Shown piece after piece: positions 56,094 through 59,854 of a stretch of 59,854 nt of DNA. Source of the stretch: an uncultured virus (IMG/VR IMGVR_UViG_3300020191_000954) (taxonomy: Duplodnaviria; Heunggongvirae; Uroviricota; Caudoviricetes); IMG/VR virus record IMGVR_UViG_3300020191_000954; one strand, written 5' to 3'. The position numbers and the translations under genes were made by a program. Every line of letters starts with the position of its first letter. Positions within the stretch are counted from its first letter, which is position 1. The notes below the pieces were generated by a model that was given only the letters and a program-made list of their open reading frames with translations, had not been told where the DNA came from and searched no databases.

Positions 56094-57656
56094 TTAATCG
56101 CCAGCTTTACTTGCTTTTGTAAAGGCATCTGGTAATCTTGGGGTTGGTTCATCATTTTTAGTTGTAAAATTATTGTCTCTATCTGTAGCAAACGGTCGGT
56201 GTGCTACCGGATTTAAGTTTTCGTGCCACGGCCATGGTTCGTGTTGCGGAACTCTTTGAGTTAATACTCCAAACGTTTCGCCCGGAACTATGTGGGTATT
56301 CAACGCACTAACTTTAGCGGCTTCTCCGGCGGCTGGACCATTCATATGGATTATTGCCGCTGTTTCTGTATGATTTCCTCCACTGAGTATATCAGTAGTT
56401 GTACCTGCTGTAAATTTGTTTGCACTACCTGTGTTTAGATCAAAGTTAGTTGATGTTGTAATTTTACCATTGGCTCCGATTAAAATATTAGTATCTGCAG
56501 AAGATTCTATTTGTATTTTGCCAACTGCTGATTTAGAAGTTTGATCATGATCGCCACTTGCTTTTAAGTATAGATTTGCACCTGCTTCAATAGTAATGTT
56601 ACGATTTGCTGTAAAGTTGAAATCATTTTTACTATGCATACTAATACTATCTTCAGCATAAATGTCAATTTTGCCATCACTAGTTAATTCTACCCAAGCA
56701 GTTCCTCTAGCATTAGCTATGTAAATTAAATCTTCTGAATTATGTAAAAGTATTTGATGTCCTGTTCTTGTACGCACACGAAATAATTCGTTATGTGGAA
56801 TTGTTGGTTTGCCATCTAACTCGTGTTGCATTACGTCTGCATAATCTGGTGGACCATCTTTTGCTTCTGTTCTTCTTAAAAATTTATCGTCACCGTCGTC
56901 TGCTACTAATGACGTTCCGCCTAGTCGTGATTTATGAACTTCAACAAACGATTCGTTTGTGCCAACTCTTGATTTTGGTGCACCTGGTCTTTTATCTATT
57001 GGTCCGGGTGTGTTAAATCCAAATACTGCACTTGGTATTTCTCTCCTTGCACTTGAAGATGTGATCCCGCGGAATTCGTCAAAGATTAATCCTTGGTTAA
57101 TTAACCCGTTGGTCATTTCTTCTTGGAACGGTTTTAAAAATCTAGTTGGGTCTTGGCCTACTCCTGGTTCATTTTCTTTGTTATATTCAGATACAGGTAA
57201 CTTTGCTCCCTGCATTTTTTCAGGTTCAGTTTTAGTAGTAAATGATGTTGCGGCATTTCCTGGAACAGCAAAGTTCATATAGCTGTCATGCACACACCCT
57301 AGCCAAAAGCATTGGTTAGGATTTCCTTCTGCAAATATTACAAGAACTTGTGTTCCAATATCAGGCGGAATCATCCAAAAACCATATGACTGTTGTGTAT
57401 CTTTATAACTGTCATTTTTGGTTACTCCGTTTCTTGGAGTTTGTCCTGAAAAGGGTGACAAGTATCTTGCTTGGTACATTGATCCTTCTGAAAAGTTAGG
57501 GTTACCTGTTGTAGTTGTTTTAAGTAATTGTACTTGCAACCCGCCCATATAGTGAGCATCAACAAAGCTAACAACCTTAGCTAGATAAGGCCCTGGAAAC
57601 ATTACCGGAGCGTTGTCTTTTGAAACTTGATCTAAATTTGGATTTTTGTTTATCAT
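56094..57656 (-). CDS. Baseplate central spike protein, gp5/VgrG-like (OB-fold plus beta-helix)
   Basis: OB-fold 'GPYLAKVV...GGLQVQ...YGFWMIPPDIGTQVLVIFAEGNPNQCFWLG', followed by 'RTRTGHQILLHNSEDLIYI...WVELTSDGKIDIY' and beta-strand repeats. Confidence 0.72.
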   Translation of the reverse strand: MINKNPNLDQVSKDNAPVMFPGPYLAKVVSFVDAHYMGGLQVQLLKTTTTGNPNFSEGSMYQARYLSPFSGQTPRNGVTKNDSYKDTQQSYGFWMIPPDIGTQVLVIFAEGNPNQCFWLGCVHDSYMNFAVPGNAATSFTTKTEPEKMQGAKLPVSEYNKENEPGVGQDPTRFLKPFQEEMTNGLINQGLIFDEFRGITSSSARREIPSAVFGFNTPGPIDKRPGAPKSRVGTNESFVEVHKSRLGGTSLVADDGDDKFLRRTEAKDGPPDYADVMQHELDGKPTIPHNELFRVRTRTGHQILLHNSEDLIYIANARGTAWVELTSDGKIDIYAEDSISMHSKNDFNFTANRNITIEAGANLYLKASGDHDQTSKSAVGKIQIESSADTNILIGANGKITTSTNFDLNTGSANKFTAGTTTDILSGGNHTETAAIIHMNGPAAGEAAKVSALNTHIVPGETFGVLTQRVPQHEPWPWHENLNPVAHRPFATDRDNNFTTKNDEPTPRLPDAFTKASKAGD

Positions 57657-59854
57657 GCTGTCCTACTATTTCCAGGTTGATCATTCTTTGAATTGGTGTT
57701 GCTGGCTTCTACCGCTCTTGCTTCGTTTTCCGCGGATTTGTTTTTAAAATCTAATTCAGCTTGAGCATTTAATCTTAACAATGTCAGTGTTTGTTTAAAC
57801 TGTCCACTTTGAAAACTGTGGTCGCATTGAGTAACTTTATACACCCCACTAAACTGTCTAATTACAATTCCATTTTTTTCATCTGAAACTGTTGGAAATT
57901 CAATAGTTGAGCTGTTAGCAGAATAATCATATGGAGTTTTAAAAAATAGTTGTATAAACTGTTGAGATCGTACATGGTCAATATGACCGTTTTCGTCTGC
58001 ATACCAAGTTGACCCTGCCGCCGACATATAATTACCTGTTCCACTATCACTTAAAAAATATGGGTCTCCCATAATAGTTAATTCTACTTTAGCTAAATCT
58101 ACCGAACTGTAAACTAGTGCTTTATGGAATGTTCGTGCAATTACTTCTTTAGTGTCTGTAGGAACTGCTCTCATTCCTGAAGTAATAATTTCAATATCAG
58201 AATCAACAATTGACTTTAAAGGAACAAGTGGTTTTTCTTTTTTACCTTCTCCTTCTGTTATAGGCTTAGTGTTATCTTTTTGATTAGCTGTTGCCGCGTC
58301 TCCATCGTTTTGTGCGGTGCTAGTATCTGCTCCGCCATCTCGTGGAATAGGTGTTAAGAAACGTGTATTGAATGTAAGATCAAACTCTAATACATCTTTG
58401 TTTTTACCTGTATACAAATAATGGTATTCTTTTCGAATATCATTTATGGCAACCTCAGGTGCAATGTCTCCTGGAGACATCCAAGTACTAGCATGTACCT
58501 CATACGGTATTACTTTAAAAACGTATATAAATGGCGGGCGGCCTTTCTTTTGTTCTATATCTTTTATAGGAACTTGAAATACCATTGGTAGTATACTGAA
58601 CCAAGGACGATATCCGTCTTTTAATTTTGTATCTAATAACCCTTTGCCGTACTCACTTGATAATACTACTTCTTCAATAATATTATTAATTTTAGTACCT
58701 TTTTCAAATTTAAAAGCACGTTTGTCTTCGGGTATAAAGTTTGCACTCTGCTCCCATACCTTTTTTTCTGGAAAATAAACTTGATTTAATCCGGCACTTG
58801 CTGTTGATCCGGATTGTAATTTATCTTTAACTAGTATTGATTTACCAATAGGGTTAATATTTCCTTCTGCTAAACTTTGAGATACGATAGCTTCTCCAAG
58901 ATCAGATCTTTTTACTGTTACACCTGTAATTCTTTTTAGGAAGTCATCATAATCAATTTGTTGTGAACTTTGACTTTTTCCTGTTGCAGATTCAACTCTT
59001 TGTTGAGCTGTCATATCGTCTGTTGCTGAATTTGTTTCTTTAGATCTTGCTAACTTTGCACTTTCTAATGCATTAGCTGGTGGAAATAATATAATATACT
59101 GATCAGCAAAAGTGCTTTCATTGCCTTCTTCTCGTTTTAGCAAATGACCATTCATAATCGATGTTAAACTTTGTGCGCCGCTTTGTAACATTTCTTGTAC
59201 ATTGCCGCCAATAAGTTGCATGTCTGTTGGAATTTTTTGTACTGAATCAGTGTTAGCACTTCCATTAGAAGAAAGCCAAGTAACTTCGTATACTGTACCA
59301 GACGCTGTAACGTTCATAGTAGATTGTGTTATCTTTATTGGTATTTGACGTTTTGCAACACGCTTCATTTGATTGTCAGCAGTATATCCTACAAAATCAA
59401 TTGTCATTAAAAATGTTGCAAAGGTATAGGACATATGTCCGGCCATTTGTGCCGCAACTTGAAGTGTTTCAAAGAATTGTCCCATGCTATAAGGTTCAGT
59501 AACTTCAAATTGTCCTTTGTGCATTTGTGTTGCACGAGTCTGAGCATTAAATCCTATTAGAGATTTCATAGTAAAGTTGTCAATAAAGTATTCAACTCTA
59601 CCTCCAGCTTTTTCTAAAGACGTCATTGCTTTTCGATTGCCAACGTTTCGTGTTCCACCGCCACTTTTAATAACAACAACTTCAGGCTCTTTGCCAGTTT
59701 TCATATATGTGTTATCTGGATCTAATATTTCATCTGTGGTTAAACAATATAGTCCAAACATATAATTCATTGAGTTAAACTCATGAAGTTCGTTTGGTAC
59801 TAGATCTTTTTGTGTAAGGACTTTTTTTGGTTTTTTACTATTGTTTTGTGCTTT
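57653..59854 (-). CDS. Baseplate hub/tail-associated protein (gp27/phage late-control D-like), 5'-truncated by window edge
   Basis: The frame is open from 59854 (KAQNNSKKPKK...PNELHEFNSMNY). C-terminal 'VELTIMGDPY...FSGVYKVTQCDHSFQSGQFKQTLTLLR' is typical of hub/tail proteins, and the gene lies directly upstream of the spike gene. Confidence 0.6.
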   Translation of the reverse strand, partial: KAQNNSKKPKKVLTQKDLVPNELHEFNSMNYMFGLYCLTTDEILDPDNTYMKTGKEPEVVVIKSGGGTRNVGNRKAMTSLEKAGGRVEYFIDNFTMKSLIGFNAQTRATQMHKGQFEVTEPYSMGQFFETLQVAAQMAGHMSYTFATFLMTIDFVGYTADNQMKRVAKRQIPIKITQSTMNVTASGTVYEVTWLSSNGSANTDSVQKIPTDMQLIGGNVQEMLQSGAQSLTSIMNGHLLKREEGNESTFADQYIILFPPANALESAKLARSKETNSATDDMTAQQRVESATGKSQSSQQIDYDDFLKRITGVTVKRSDLGEAIVSQSLAEGNINPIGKSILVKDKLQSGSTASAGLNQVYFPEKKVWEQSANFIPEDKRAFKFEKGTKINNIIEEVVLSSEYGKGLLDTKLKDGYRPWFSILPMVFQVPIKDIEQKKGRPPFIYVFKVIPYEVHASTWMSPGDIAPEVAINDIRKEYHYLYTGKNKDVLEFDLTFNTRFLTPIPRDGGADTSTAQNDGDAATANQKDNTKPITEGEGKKEKPLVPLKSIVDSDIEIITSGMRAVPTDTKEVIARTFHKALVYSSVDLAKVELTIMGDPYFLSDSGTGNYMSAAGSTWYADENGHIDHVRSQQFIQLFFKTPYDYSANSSTIEFPTVSDEKNGIVIRQFSGVYKVTQCDHSFQSGQFKQTLTLLRLNAQAELDFKNKSAENEARAVEASNTNSKNDQPGNSRTA

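Noticed and set aside
3879..59765. Numerous 60-160 aa ORFs nested in or antisense to long genes
   Set aside because: They are fully overlapped by motif-bearing CDSs and have shadow-like composition, with no independent evidence of expression.
1..59854. Stop-codon recoding, as seen in some large phages
   Set aside because: Genes are full length under the standard code, and TAA, TGA and TAG all terminate genes at sensible positions next to the following start.
1..59854. tRNAs, CRISPR arrays, introns/inteins, IS elements, DGR repeats, intrinsic terminators
   Set aside because: Intergenic gaps are all about 50 bp or less. No spaced direct repeats, cloverleafs, homing-endonuclease/RT/transposase motifs or GC-rich stem plus U-tract were seen by eye.

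Overview
This AT-rich, densely coding window looks like part of a large T4-like (contractile-tailed) bacteriophage genome. It uses the standard genetic code, has Shine-Dalgarno sites and T4-type late-promoter cores (TAAATA), and shows no host housekeeping genes. The right half (~30.4-59.9 kb, all minus strand) is a baseplate/tail module: a hub-like protein truncated at the window edge, a gp5/VgrG-like spike, gp25-like and gp6-like wedge proteins, a giant 4937-aa multidomain structural protein and three paralogous tail-fibre proteins. Directly downstream, the left half (1-30.4 kb, continuing past the left edge) is an almost uninterrupted island of tailoring enzymes. It holds 9 radical SAM proteins in three architectures (5 with an N-terminal twitch/SPASM domain), 6 Asp/Asn beta-hydroxylase-like 2OG-Fe(II) dioxygenases, at least 4-6 glycosyltransferase-like proteins, a UDP-glucose/GDP-mannose dehydrogenase, an SDR, 2 SGNH-fold proteins, methyltransferase-like proteins, a kinase-like protein, a CX5R phosphatase and 3 paralogous beta-propeller proteins. 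The most interesting hypothesis is that this is a late-expressed pathway that chemically decorates the virion (or the host surface). Its first gene is preceded by a T4-style hairpin that overlaps the late promoter and sequesters the Shine-Dalgarno sequence. All functional calls come from motif recognition by eye; no database searches were run.
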